From contig CAWDTG010000006.1 in assembly GCA_963805245.1 (NCBI GenBank), forward strand, positions 560,799-624,798: a stretch of 64,000 nt of DNA, written 5' to 3'. The stretch is from an uncultured Acidobacteriaceae bacterium (GTDB lineage Bacteria > Acidobacteriota > Terriglobia > Terriglobales > Acidobacteriaceae). Both the position numbers and the translations under genes were made by a program. Of the stretch, positions 26,438 to 36,346 are shown in pieces. The notes under the pieces were generated by a model that made no database searches, had not been told where the DNA came from, and saw nothing but the letters and a program-made list of their open reading frames with translations. The stretch's first letter is position 1, and every line of letters begins with the position of its first letter.

Positions 26438-27994
26438 GTGACCACCTCGCTGACAACCTTTTCTTTATCGTACTCGAGCACCGACTACCTGCTCGCCTTG
26501 CCGATGCTGCTGCTGACCGTGTTTGCGCTCGGCATCCTGATGATTGATTTAATGCTGCCGAAGCAGTGGAAGCGCATGAATGCGATTACGGCTTTGATCG
26601 GCATATCGTTTTCAGCCGCTGCCGTGGTCAAGCTTCACCTCGCCTACCACGCCGCCGAAAAGCAAGGCATCGCAATCGCGACCTTCACCGGCTTTATGGG
26701 CTCGCTGGTGGTCGATCGCTTCGCTATCTATTTCTTCTATCTCTTCCTGATCGGGGCGGCTGTCGCGATCCTGATGTCGATTCGTTATCTCGAAATCGAG
26801 CACGAAAACCATGGCGAGTTCTACGCGCTGCTCTTGCTCTCCGTCGTCGGGATGATGTGCATGGCCGCCGGCTATGACATCGTCCTGATCTTTATCGGGC
26901 TGGAGTTAATGGCCATCTCGACCTATGTTCTAGTGGGCTTCCTGCGGCGCGATAAGCGGTCGAACGAAGCCGCGCTGAAGTATTTGCTGCTCGGGGCGTT
27001 CTCATCGGGGATCTTTGCTTATGGACTGTCGCTGTTCTACGGCCTGACCGGCAGCACCAACCTGGGACAGATTGCACAGAAGCTACAGGAAGTGATCGCC
27101 ACCCGGCCGAACGATCCGGTGGTCATTTTTGCCCTGCTGGCAACCACGACAGGATTGTTGTTCAAGATCGCAGCCGTACCGTTTCACCAGTGGGCTCCCG
27201 ATGCCTATGAGGGCGCGCCCACCAGCATCACCGGCTTCATGTCGGTGGCAGTGAAATCCGCCGGATGGGCGATGCTGCTGCGCATCTTCCTCTTCGGACT
27301 TTACCCGCTGCGCTCGATGTATGTCCCGCTGCTGATCTTCGTTTCGATAGCGACCATGACCGGCGGCAACCTGGCAGCGATCACGCAGGACAATCTAAAG
27401 CGGCTGCTGGCGTACTCCTCCATCGCCCACGTCGGCTACATGCTGCTGGGCTTGATTGCCAGCGATGGGCAGACGAACTCTACCGGCATCATGGCGATCT
27501 TGATTTACCTGCTGGTGTACACCTTCATGAACCTGGGCGCCTTCGCGGTGATCACGTCGCTGCGGCGGCGCAACATCATCGGAGACACGGTCGATGACAT
27601 TGCGGGGTTGTACTTCAAGGCGCCGACCGAAGCCATCCTGATGTTGATCTTCCTGCTTTCACTGGCCGGAATTCCGCCACTGGCGGGCTTCTGGGGCAAG
27701 TATTTCATCTTCCTCAGCCTGATCCAGACAGGGCACTATTACCTGGCAGCCATCGGCGTGCTCTATTCGGTCGTCGGCCTCTATTACTACATGCGAATTG
27801 CCAACTCCATGCTCATGCGCCAACCCATCGATGCCGAACCTGTGCACACGCGACCCGCGATGCGGCTGGCGTTGACCGTCACCGCGGCTGGCACAGTGGT
27901 CATCGGTCTCTTCCCGAATGCCTTCATCAACGTTGCGAACTGGTCGCTGGGATTGGTGCAGGGCACGCAACACATGGCGGGAATGTTGCGGTAA
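26438..27994 (+). CDS. nuoN: NADH-quinone oxidoreductase subunit N
   Basis: 518-aa antiporter-like subunit (GTG start) with the motifs GLELMAISTYVLVGF and KIAAVPFHQWAPDAYEGAPT. Confidence 0.95.
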   Translation: MTTSLTTFSLSYSSTDYLLALPMLLLTVFALGILMIDLMLPKQWKRMNAITALIGISFSAAAVVKLHLAYHAAEKQGIAIATFTGFMGSLVVDRFAIYFFYLFLIGAAVAILMSIRYLEIEHENHGEFYALLLLSVVGMMCMAAGYDIVLIFIGLELMAISTYVLVGFLRRDKRSNEAALKYLLLGAFSSGIFAYGLSLFYGLTGSTNLGQIAQKLQEVIATRPNDPVVIFALLATTTGLLFKIAAVPFHQWAPDAYEGAPTSITGFMSVAVKSAGWAMLLRIFLFGLYPLRSMYVPLLIFVSIATMTGGNLAAITQDNLKRLLAYSSIAHVGYMLLGLIASDGQTNSTGIMAILIYLLVYTFMNLGAFAVITSLRRRNIIGDTVDDIAGLYFKAPTEAILMLIFLLSLAGIPPLAGFWGKYFIFLSLIQTGHYYLAAIGVLYSVVGLYYYMRIANSMLMRQPIDAEPVHTRPAMRLALTVTAAGTVVIGLFPNAFINVANWSLGLVQGTQHMAGMLR

Positions 27995-28136
27995 AACCCC
28001 GAGAAGATGCCCCGTGAAATACTTTACTGTTAGACCATCACCGGGACGTCCCTTCAGCGTCGAGTCGACTTTGGACCCAAACAGAGACAGAGGACTGCTG
28101 GCGGGCGGAGACGAACAGGCATGATCGAAGCGGAAG

Positions 28137-28751
28137 CCCGAAGGGCGGCATTTGTGTTAGCCGTGGGCGTTAGCCCGCGGTAAACGTTAATTTATGAAGC
28201 GAGAGCCGCGGAGCGGCGAGATTCCTGATGGCACGATCCTACGTTCTGAATCTTGTTCATTGCGTCTTCAGCACGAAGGGCCGCGTACAGGTCATCCATA
28301 ACCCCGAGCCGCTCTGGGCCTATATGCGCGGCATCGCCCGAAATTGTGGATTCGATATCCTTGCCATCGGCGGAACCGTCAATCACGTTCACCTGCTTTT
28401 GTCCGTTCCGCCCAAGCAACAGCTTGCCGACATCATTCGCGACCTTAAAGCAAATTCCTCACGGTATATGAATCAAAAGGCTCGGGGGTTTGGATGGCAA
28501 GACGGATATGGAGCCATTAGTGTGAGTCCCTCGCAAGTTGAAATCGTGCGAAACTACATCGCGCGCCAGCAAGAACACCACGCAAAGCGAACATTCGACG
28601 AGGAATACGTTGCAATGTTGAAGAAGGCAGGCGTGGTCTTCGAACCAAATTATCTTTTGGGCTGAGTGCCGCCGCCTTCGCGGCTCGGACGCCTGTTTCG
28701 ACCTGCTCCGCGGGCTCACGCCCACGGCTAACACAAATTCCGCCCTTCGGG
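28137..28751 (+). mobile_element. Y1-transposase element bounded by 44-bp inverted repeats
   Basis: cccgaagggcggcatttgtgttagccgtgggcgttagcccgcgg (28137-28180) matches the reverse complement of 28708-28751 at 42 of 44 positions. Each arm contains its own hairpin. Confidence 0.85.
28228..28665 (+). CDS. IS200/IS605-family Y1 (HUH) transposase, RAYT-like
   Basis: 145 aa with the HUH motif (VNHVHLLL) and catalytic Tyr region (VRNYIARQQEHH). Confidence 0.9.
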   Translation: MARSYVLNLVHCVFSTKGRVQVIHNPEPLWAYMRGIARNCGFDILAIGGTVNHVHLLLSVPPKQQLADIIRDLKANSSRYMNQKARGFGWQDGYGAISVSPSQVEIVRNYIARQQEHHAKRTFDEEYVAMLKKAGVVFEPNYLLG

Positions 28752-28920
28752 CTGGTTTTGCAGTGGGTTTTGACGTCTTCTCCCACGCAAATTTAGATTA
28801 TTCGCACACTCTCATACGCTAAGGCCAACGCTAGCTGTTCCTACCAACTCCGTTCGGCGGTACTAGCTTTACGCTCTCCTCTTCTGTTACCTTCTCTGCA
28901 CCTTGCTGAAGAAAGGGCAG

Positions 28921-30158
28921 ATGGGAGAACTCACAAGCAGCGCCCCACAGGCCAACTCCGATCGCTGGCACGCTATGGGCGCGGGCTTTCTTGGATGGAC
29001 CCTCGACGCCTTTGATTTCTTCGTCGTCATATTTCTGTTCGACACTCTGGCCGCGCATTTCCACGTCCCCAAACGCGACATCGTTCTCAGCGTAACCGCG
29101 ACGCTGGCCATGCGTCCGGTGGGCGCGCTCATCTTCGGCATGATGGCGGATCGCTACGGCCGGCGGCGTCCGCTGATGGTCAACGTATTGTTTTGTTCTT
29201 TTCGACCATTGAGTTGCTTTGCGGCTTCGCGCCCAACTTCACCGTTTTCTTCATTCTGCGAATGCTGTTCGGCATCGGCATGGGCGGCGAGTGGGGCGTG
29301 GGTGCATCGCTGGCCATGGAACACGCTCCCGTGCGCTGGCGCGGCGTGCTGTCGGGAATTTTGCAGAGCGGATACGTCTTCGGCTACTTTCTGGCGGCAT
29401 TTGCCGCGCGTCTGGTGCTGCCCAACTGGGGATGGCGCGCCATGTTCTGGGTAGGCGGCATCCCGGCGCTGTTGGCGCTCTACATTCGCACCAAGGTCCC
29501 GGAGTCAGAGGCCTGGAAGGTACATCGCGTGACGCGCACCATCGACGGCCCACGCATCGCATGGCAGCATAAACGACTGTCGCTCTACCTGGTCGTGCTG
29601 ATGTTCCTCATGAACTGCCTCTCGCACGGGACGCAAGACCTTTATCCCGATTTCCTGAAGCACGGGCACGGCATTGCGCAGAACACCGTCGCCTACGTCA
29701 CCATGTTCTATAACGTCGGCGCGGTCACAGGCGCAGTCATCTTCGGCCTGCTTTCGGAGCGGCTCGGGCGCCGCTACAGCATGCTGGCGGCACTGGCGGT
29801 TTCGCTGGCTATCATACCGGCGTGGGCCTTCGGCAGCACGCTTACGATTCTCGCGCTAGGCGCATTCGTGATGCAGATGGGAGTGCAGGGCGCGTGGGGC
29901 ATCATTCCTGTGCACCTCAACGAGCTGTCGCCTCCGGCGGTGCGCGGGCTTTTGCCCGGATTTACCTACCAGATTGGGATTCTGTTTGCCGCGTCGACGC
30001 CGACGGTCGAGTTCGCGTTACGCGACCACCTTGGCTATGCGTGGGCGCTGACGTCGTTTGAACTGGTGGTAATCGCCGTGCTTGCCGTGTGGTTGTTCTT
30101 CGGCGAGGAGAAGCATGGGAGGAGCTTCTTACACGAAGAGGAACAGGTTGCGGCGTAG
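28921..30158 (+). pseudogene. MFS transporter (NanT/YjhB-like), frame break near 29190
   Basis: The N-terminal part (GFLGWTLDAFDFFVV...MADRYGRRRPLMVNVL) and the C-terminal ORF 29193-30158 (FFSTIELLCGFAPNF...) are contiguous in homologous order but in different frames. The break lies in ttgttttgttctttt. Confidence 0.8.
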
Positions 30159-30289
30159 GCGGCTAAGCCTTCGACTCCATTCGTCGAAAATTATTCACCA
30201 CGGAGGCACGGAAGACGCGGAGTTTTCTCTTAAGGAATCTTCTCCATGATCTCTGTGTCCTTCGTGGTCATTTTTACCCGCAACGGTGG

Positions 30290-30690
30290 CAAGTCCATTT
30301 GCAGGATGACACCGAACACCCATCCTTTCAGCACGAGGTGACTGATCGGAGCCACGTACGCCAGCAGGAAGACCTACACGCCGACCAGGGCGGCTAGCGC
30401 CAGACTGTGGAAGAAGATGTAACGCAGGATGTCTCCTTCATGTCCGTACCAATTCGTCGCAGTGCTGGCGACCACGATGCTCTGCGCATCGATCATCTTG
30501 CCCATGACGCCGCCACAACTGTTGGCCGCCGACATCAGGACGGGTGAGACGCCGACCTGTTGCGCCGAGATCTTCTGCAGCTGCCGAAAAGCACGTTCAA
30601 TGAGGTATCCGAACCGGTCAACGCCACACCCAGCCATCCGAGTAAGGTGCTGAAGAACGGATACAAGTGGCCCGTTCGGCCTAGGGCAGT
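30290..30690 (-). pseudogene. L-lactate permease C-terminal fragment (remnant)
   Basis: Translates to [22 protein letters not shown] ... [17 protein letters not shown] ... [13 protein letters not shown], paralogous to the C-terminus of the intact permease at 30932-32824. No N-terminal part, and an internal frame change. Confidence 0.65.
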
Positions 30691-30715
30691 TTAGGAATTG
30701 GTATAAGCCGAGTTC

Positions 30716-30848
30716 GGGTAGAGCGGGCCTTCAGGCCCGCGTTTATGGGCAAGAAGGAAAACGCTTCCGCCGCTGAGGCCACAGACCTCAGCGGCGGAAG
30801 CAAGATGATATCGCGATCCTGAACGCGGGCCTGAAGGCTCGCTCTACC
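30716..30848. repeat. nested palindrome: 27-bp inverted arms enclosing a perfect 16-bp hairpin
   Basis: Arms gggtagagcgggccttcaggcccgcgtt / aacgcgggcctgaaggctcgctctacc (1 mismatch). Inner hairpin gcttccgccgctgagg-N7-cctcagcggcggaagc at 30763-30801. Confidence 0.8.
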
Positions 30849-30931
30849 GGATTACACAAAAACCCAAACTGCTCTAATGCCAAGGCCATAGTCGGGTAAT
30901 GGCTCAATTGAGCCACTACCCGTGGTCGCTT

Positions 30932-32824
30932 TTACTTGACCGGCAGGTGCGGGATCATCCCCGGGAAGACATATGCCTGGAGCATGACGATCACGCCGAC
31001 AATGGCTGCCAAGGCTATTGAGTGCCAGAAGACCTTCCGGAAAATCGGTCCCAGGGCATGGGAACGCTCGTACGGATCATCGTAACAGGCCGCACACGCG
31101 ACCATGATGGACTGAGCGTCAATCATCTTACCCATGACGCCGCCCGTCGAGTTGGTGGCCACGATGAGGACCTCATTCAAGTGAAGCTGCTGTGCCGTGA
31201 TCCGTTGCAGGCTCCCGAAAAGCGCGTTGGAGGCGGTATCGGAGCCAGTCAAGAAGACCCCCAGCCAGCCAAGGTAAGCGGAGAAGAATGGATACATCAC
31301 GCCCGCGCTGGTGAAGGCAAGTCCGAGTACGGCATCGGTGCCGGAATAACGGGTTAGGTAGCCCAACCCCAGCACTTGGCCGATGACCAGCACGGGGATC
31401 TTCATGCGGCGCAGGGTGCTGGCAGTCGCTTGTTTCCACTGAGTGCCGTTCATTTTCAAGATCAACCCCGTGAGGAGGGCAGCAATAAAAACGCCGGTGC
31501 CGGCCGCCGACAGCCAGTTGACCGCAAACACCGCCCCTTCTGGCTTGGCGGTCAGCGCGGCTACCGGAGGCATGCGCTGCACCAGATTGTGCAGTGCAGG
31601 CATCTGCCATTTGGGTAGGGAAAGGGTCCCAGCCAGGCTTGAACCCAGTAGCGTTGTGTTGATCTTTACACCAGCAAAAAGGTTGTTGAGGTAAGTCTTC
31701 CAGGTTGGGATTCCCCAAATCGCGCAGCAGGCGATCAAGATCGTCCATGGCGCCCAGGCATGGGCGGTTTCCCGGACAGTGTATGGATAGGTCCATTCTT
31801 TAGCCGGCACTACGGCCTGCCCCGCATTGCCGACGGAAGCTGCCTTGGCCGCCTCGCGTTCGGATCTCAGGAGAAAACGCGTCTTGGGATGCCAGACAAA
31901 GCGCAGGAAAACCGCGGTGCAGATCACCGAAAAGACGCCCGCCACCACGTCGGTCATGAGGTGGAAAGAGGCGGTCTGAGAGGCCAGGAACTGCATGATG
32001 GCGAATGACGCGCCGGAGACGAGCGTGGCCGGCCAGACTTCCAGGGCATCTTTCAATTTGCCGCCCTGCATAAGGACAAAGGTGATCACCAGCCAGAAGG
32101 GGATCAGGATGGACACGAACGGAAGTTGCCGACCGGCCATGGCGGAAAGGGTGAGCTGATCGAGCCCGCTCACCTGGGCCAAGGTCACGATAGGCGTGCC
32201 GATCGCGCCGAATGCCACGGGGGCGGTATTGGCCAGCAGGTTGAGCACGGCGGCTTCAAAGGGCGAGAATCCCAGGCCTACCATGACCGCACCCGCAATA
32301 GCCACTGGTGTCCCGAAGCCGGAGGTGCCCTCGATGATCGCGCCGAAGGAAAAGGCAATCAACAGCACCTGCAGGCGCCGGTCAAAAGAGATATGAATGA
32401 TCGATTCCTTCACAATCTCGAACTTGCCCGTGACCACCGTCATGGTGTAGAGGAACATGGCCGCGAGGACGATCCAGATGATGCCCAGAAAGCCTGCTAA
32501 CCCTCCATAGGCAAAGGCTGAGAACGCGGCTTTGAAGGGCATGCGGAACGCCAAGCATGTGACCAGGAAAGCGGCCAGCACGCCGTAGAACGCGGCATAA
32601 GGTGCACTGATGCCGAGATGGCGGAAACCCCGCTTATCCCGGTGGGGATGGATGGCGATGAAATACAGGAGTGTCAAAATTGGGATTGCCGCCACGATCG
32701 TCGACAGCGCGACATTGCCCAGAGGATTGTAATTCTGATGGTATATCTGCGGTGCACCACCATCGGTGGCGAAAAGCGGACGTGCAAGAGCGACAAAACC
32801 CAGTGAGGTCAAGAACCTTCTCAT
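30932..32824 (-). CDS. L-lactate permease (LctP family)
   Basis: 630-aa polytopic protein. LctP-like N-terminus (YNPLGNVALSTIVAAIPIL) and conserved segments ([34 protein letters not shown]). Confidence 0.9.
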   Translation of the reverse strand: MRRFLTSLGFVALARPLFATDGGAPQIYHQNYNPLGNVALSTIVAAIPILTLLYFIAIHPHRDKRGFRHLGISAPYAAFYGVLAAFLVTCLAFRMPFKAAFSAFAYGGLAGFLGIIWIVLAAMFLYTMTVVTGKFEIVKESIIHISFDRRLQVLLIAFSFGAIIEGTSGFGTPVAIAGAVMVGLGFSPFEAAVLNLLANTAPVAFGAIGTPIVTLAQVSGLDQLTLSAMAGRQLPFVSILIPFWLVITFVLMQGGKLKDALEVWPATLVSGASFAIMQFLASQTASFHLMTDVVAGVFSVICTAVFLRFVWHPKTRFLLRSEREAAKAASVGNAGQAVVPAKEWTYPYTVRETAHAWAPWTILIACCAIWGIPTWKTYLNNLFAGVKINTTLLGSSLAGTLSLPKWQMPALHNLVQRMPPVAALTAKPEGAVFAVNWLSAAGTGVFIAALLTGLILKMNGTQWKQATASTLRRMKIPVLVIGQVLGLGYLTRYSGTDAVLGLAFTSAGVMYPFFSAYLGWLGVFLTGSDTASNALFGSLQRITAQQLHLNEVLIVATNSTGGVMGKMIDAQSIMVACAACYDDPYERSHALGPIFRKVFWHSIALAAIVGVIVMLQAYVFPGMIPHLPVK

Positions 32825-33192
32825 TTAATGCTCCCTTTCCCGGCACTTCCATTCAGGATCCAGAGGAAGCCCGGCGCAAATCCGAATTGGGCCGCGAGTG
32901 TGGGTCCAACCAAAGGTCCGGCGCCAGCGATGGAGGCAAAGTGATGACCGAATAAAACCCACTTGGGCGATGGCGCATAGTTGTGTCCGTCTTCATAGAC
33001 ATGGGAAGGGGTGGGCCGGCGATCATCTAAGACCCGGACCTTCGCCGCGATGAAGGCACCGTAATACCGATAGGCAATGACAAAGACGCAGAGCGTTCCC
33101 AACAGAATGGGAAAAGTATTCAAGAAAGCCTCCCAGCGCCATTCCTGGTGCTCCGGTGGCAAGGCTGGGCGCCCGTCTACCACGATGCGCAC
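32821..33192 (-). pseudogene. carbon starvation protein CstA, N-terminal fragment only
   Basis: Matches the first ~115 aa of CstA (YRYYGAFIAAKV..LDDRRPTP...KWVLFGHHFASIAGAGPLVGPTLAAQFG..PG.LWIL). It then diverges and stops where the lactate permease gene begins. Confidence 0.7.
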
Positions 33193-33457
33193 CGGGGTAT
33201 CAGCAGTCGTAAATATTACGAAAGTGGCCTAATACAAGCCAAGTGAGAACGTTAGGACGAAACCCGGAAGAGAGCGAGTGATCGTCGTCACAATTCATGG
33301 TGACGTATGGTATAGCGGCGCGACGCTTGTTGGGCAAAAACCCTTCCGCAAGGCTGCCAAGAAAGCTGTTGTGATCAACCATTGTTTATAGGATAATCCC
33401 GCCTTCTTTTGTATCGGGGCCTCGCACCTTTCTTTCGCCTAGGAGGACTCGTCGTCC

Positions 33458-35062
33458 ATGAGACATATATCAACCGGCGTATTACGCTGCCACATCTGTG
33501 CCGCGTGGTTATTGCTGGCTTACGGCGTTGCCGTGGCGCAAGTTGCCGTTACCACGTATCACAACGATACTTATCGTACCGGCTCCAACTCGCAGGAAAC
33601 GATACTCACGCTGTCCAACGTGAAAATGCAAACTTTCGGTAAGCGGTTTACCTTTGCGGTGCAGGGCTATGTTTATGCGCAACCGCTCTATGTGCCAGGG
33701 CTCACCATTGGAGCAACAGTCCACAATGTACTCTTCGTTGCCACCGAACACGACCAGGTTTATGCATTCGACGTGAACAGTGGACAGCAGCTTTGGCACA
33801 CAGACTTTCTGGCGGCCAGCTCCCCTCGCTATCAGATCACTCCCGTCTCCAGTGGCGACGTAAACTGTGGCGACCTGGTTCCAGAGATTGGTATCACCGG
33901 GACCCCGGCGATCGACACTACCGCGGGGACCATGTATCTGGTCACCAAGACGAAACAGTACGACTCGCTCACCCGCACCACGTCCTTCCATCAGACCTTA
34001 CACGCGCTTGATATCAAGACCGGCACGGACAAAGTGGCGCCTCTCCAAATTTCGGCGACGTTCCCCGGCAATGGTACGGGTTCCATCGGGGGCATTCTCA
34101 CCTTTGATCCGCTGGTGGAAGCGCAACGTTCGGCGTTGCTGCTGCTAAAGGGGCAGGTATTCGTCACTTGGGCTTCGCATTGCGACCTCGGCGACTATCA
34201 CGGTTATGCGATGTCGTTCAACGAGTCGAGCCTGGTTCGCAGCGGCATTTATGTAGATACACCCAATGGTTATGAAGGTGGCTTTTGGGGCGGAGGCGCT
34301 GGTCCAGCGGCTGATGCCGCCGGATCGATTTATGCTGCGAGCGGCAATGGCCGCTACGATGGAGGAGCCGATTTCGGCGACAGTGTTCTTCGCCTCAGCT
34401 TGCCGGGCGCCGGCCTTCGCATAACGGTGAGCGATTACTTCACCCCCTGGGATCAGCAGACGCTGGATGACAACGATAGCGATTTTGGCTCTGGCGGAGC
34501 CATGTTACTTCCTGATCAGCCGGGCACGACGTATCCCCACCTGCTGGTGCAGGTGGGAAAAGAAGGGACCATCGATCTGATAAACCGGGACAACATGGGA
34601 CATTTCCATTCGGGCAGCGACAGCCAGATCGTGCAGACCATTCCCTTCGCAATTGGCGGCATCTGGGGCTCACCGGCGTTCTGGAACAATACGGTTTACT
34701 TTGGCGGCCAGTATGATCGCCTGAAGGCTTACAGTTTCGATCCTCACCAGGAGAAGCTTTCCTACGCCTCGGAATCGCCCGAATCCTTCAACTTTCCTGG
34801 AAGTACCCCGTCCGTCTCGTCCAATGGCATGAATAATGGAATCGTCTGGATCATTGAGAACGACACCTATAGAGGAGGCAACGCCGTATTGCGCGCCTAC
34901 GATGCTACTAACCTGGCGACCGAGCTCTACAATTCCGAGCAAAATCCCGCTCGCGATCGCGTAGGGCTGGCGGTGAAGTTCACCGTTCCAACCGTTGCGG
35001 ATGGAAGCGTCTTCGTCGGGGCCGAGAATCAGGTTGTCAAATATGGGCTGCTAGGTCAATGA
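33458..35062 (+). CDS. exported PQQ-like beta-propeller repeat protein
   Basis: 534 aa with a signal peptide and repeated propeller-like segments (LFVATEHDQVYAFDVNSGQQLW, VYFGGQYDRLKAYSF, VFVGAENQVVKYGL). Confidence 0.7.
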   Translation: MRHISTGVLRCHICAAWLLLAYGVAVAQVAVTTYHNDTYRTGSNSQETILTLSNVKMQTFGKRFTFAVQGYVYAQPLYVPGLTIGATVHNVLFVATEHDQVYAFDVNSGQQLWHTDFLAASSPRYQITPVSSGDVNCGDLVPEIGITGTPAIDTTAGTMYLVTKTKQYDSLTRTTSFHQTLHALDIKTGTDKVAPLQISATFPGNGTGSIGGILTFDPLVEAQRSALLLLKGQVFVTWASHCDLGDYHGYAMSFNESSLVRSGIYVDTPNGYEGGFWGGGAGPAADAAGSIYAASGNGRYDGGADFGDSVLRLSLPGAGLRITVSDYFTPWDQQTLDDNDSDFGSGGAMLLPDQPGTTYPHLLVQVGKEGTIDLINRDNMGHFHSGSDSQIVQTIPFAIGGIWGSPAFWNNTVYFGGQYDRLKAYSFDPHQEKLSYASESPESFNFPGSTPSVSSNGMNNGIVWIIENDTYRGGNAVLRAYDATNLATELYNSEQNPARDRVGLAVKFTVPTVADGSVFVGAENQVVKYGLLGQ

Positions 35063-35145
35063 ACCGGAGCGCTACCTGGAAGCAGGGAAGAGCGTCCAAG
35101 TGGGATCTTCTGGCTCGCATCAAAAGGCAAGAACAAGAAATGGCG

Positions 35146-36228
35146 TCAGCTGCTGGGGCTCCTGAACTGGGGCAGCACGGCTTCGCCAAAGAGCCGTGCT
35201 TGCTCTTCCCGATCGTCGCCCCAGATCTCCAGCATGATGTTGGTGCAGCCCGCTTGGCGATACTGTTCGATCCGCTCACAACATTCGTCAGGCGTACCCG
35301 CGATAGGACATACTTTCGCCAGCACGTCGTCTGTCACGGCGCGCGCGGCAGCTTTGCGCCCACCTCTCTCCATGGCGTCGGCGATGGGTGTGATCTCTTC
35401 AAACGTCAGCCCAGCTTTTTGCAATAGAACGTCGGCCGACCCGCGAATATTCTGCACTTTATTTGCGAGATACATGGCGGCCATCTCTCTCGCGCCTTTC
35501 TTGCCAGTCTGCGAATCCTTGTTGATGCTGCCAACGATCACGGCGCCCAAGTCGAGCGACGCTGGGTCCTTGCCCGCCCGCTTCGCGCCCGCTTCCATGT
35601 TGCCGCGCGCATAGCGTACGAAGTCAGGGGTGGTGATGCTCGCGGTCAGCAGGCCGTCGGAATGAGAGCCCGCCAACTTCTGCAGCACCGGGCCAGTTGC
35701 GCCCACGTAGATGGGCACACGAGCTCGGGAAATGTGGGCGTCGCTGTGGAGCGCCGGAGCCGCCGCGTCGAAGGCCTTGCCGTGATAGTCCACCGCTCCG
35801 CCGGCCAGCATGGCTTGGATAATTTCGATGCTCTCCTGCATGACTACTGCCGGGCCCACGTCCTTGCCCTTCTCGCCTTCGCCGATCTCCTTCATGAAGA
35901 TCTTGGAAGCGCCCAGCCCGAGCAGAAAGCGGCCCACGCCGGCGGCATCCTGCATGACGCGTGCTTCCATCGCAATCTGCATCGGGTGCCGCGTGTACGG
36001 CGAAATGATGCCCCAGCCGATGGTGAGGTTCTTGGTTTGCGTGGCGATCACGGCGGTCATCGCGGTTGACGAACGGGCTTCCATGCCGTGCTTCCGCCAC
36101 CATGGATATGCTTCGGCCAGCCAGAAGATGTCGAAGCCGGCGCGGTCGCAAGCCTGCGCCATGCGGACGGTCGCTTGTAGCGGCTCCATGCTTAACTGCA
36201 GTACGCCAATGCGGAAGGGGACCGGCAC
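35146..36228 (-). CDS. LLM-class flavin/F420-dependent oxidoreductase
   Basis: 360-aa luciferase-like monooxygenase fold pattern (FDIFWLAEAY..., LGLGAS, C-terminal AGTPDECCERIEQYRQAGC). Confidence 0.75.
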   Translation of the reverse strand: MPVPFRIGVLQLSMEPLQATVRMAQACDRAGFDIFWLAEAYPWWRKHGMEARSSTAMTAVIATQTKNLTIGWGIISPYTRHPMQIAMEARVMQDAAGVGRFLLGLGASKIFMKEIGEGEKGKDVGPAVVMQESIEIIQAMLAGGAVDYHGKAFDAAAPALHSDAHISRARVPIYVGATGPVLQKLAGSHSDGLLTASITTPDFVRYARGNMEAGAKRAGKDPASLDLGAVIVGSINKDSQTGKKGAREMAAMYLANKVQNIRGSADVLLQKAGLTFEEITPIADAMERGGRKAAARAVTDDVLAKVCPIAGTPDECCERIEQYRQAGCTNIMLEIWGDDREEQARLFGEAVLPQFRSPSS

Positions 36229-36265
36229 GAGTGTGATAACTCCTCTGTGCGATATATGAGATGGC

Positions 36266-36345
36266 TGCTAGCTTTTAGCTCTTAGCTGTTAGTAAGCCGC
36301 ATCGTTTGCCGCCGTTTGCTAAAAGCTAAGAGCTAACGGCTAGTA
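36266..36345. repeat. two opposed heptad-periodic tracts (AGCTnnn type) between the LLM gene and the panE-like gene
   Basis: gctgcta gctttta gctctta gctgtta on one side and gctaaaa gctaaga gctaacg gctagta gctaaga on the other. Partially self-complementary. Confidence 0.7.
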
Positions 36346-36346
36346 G

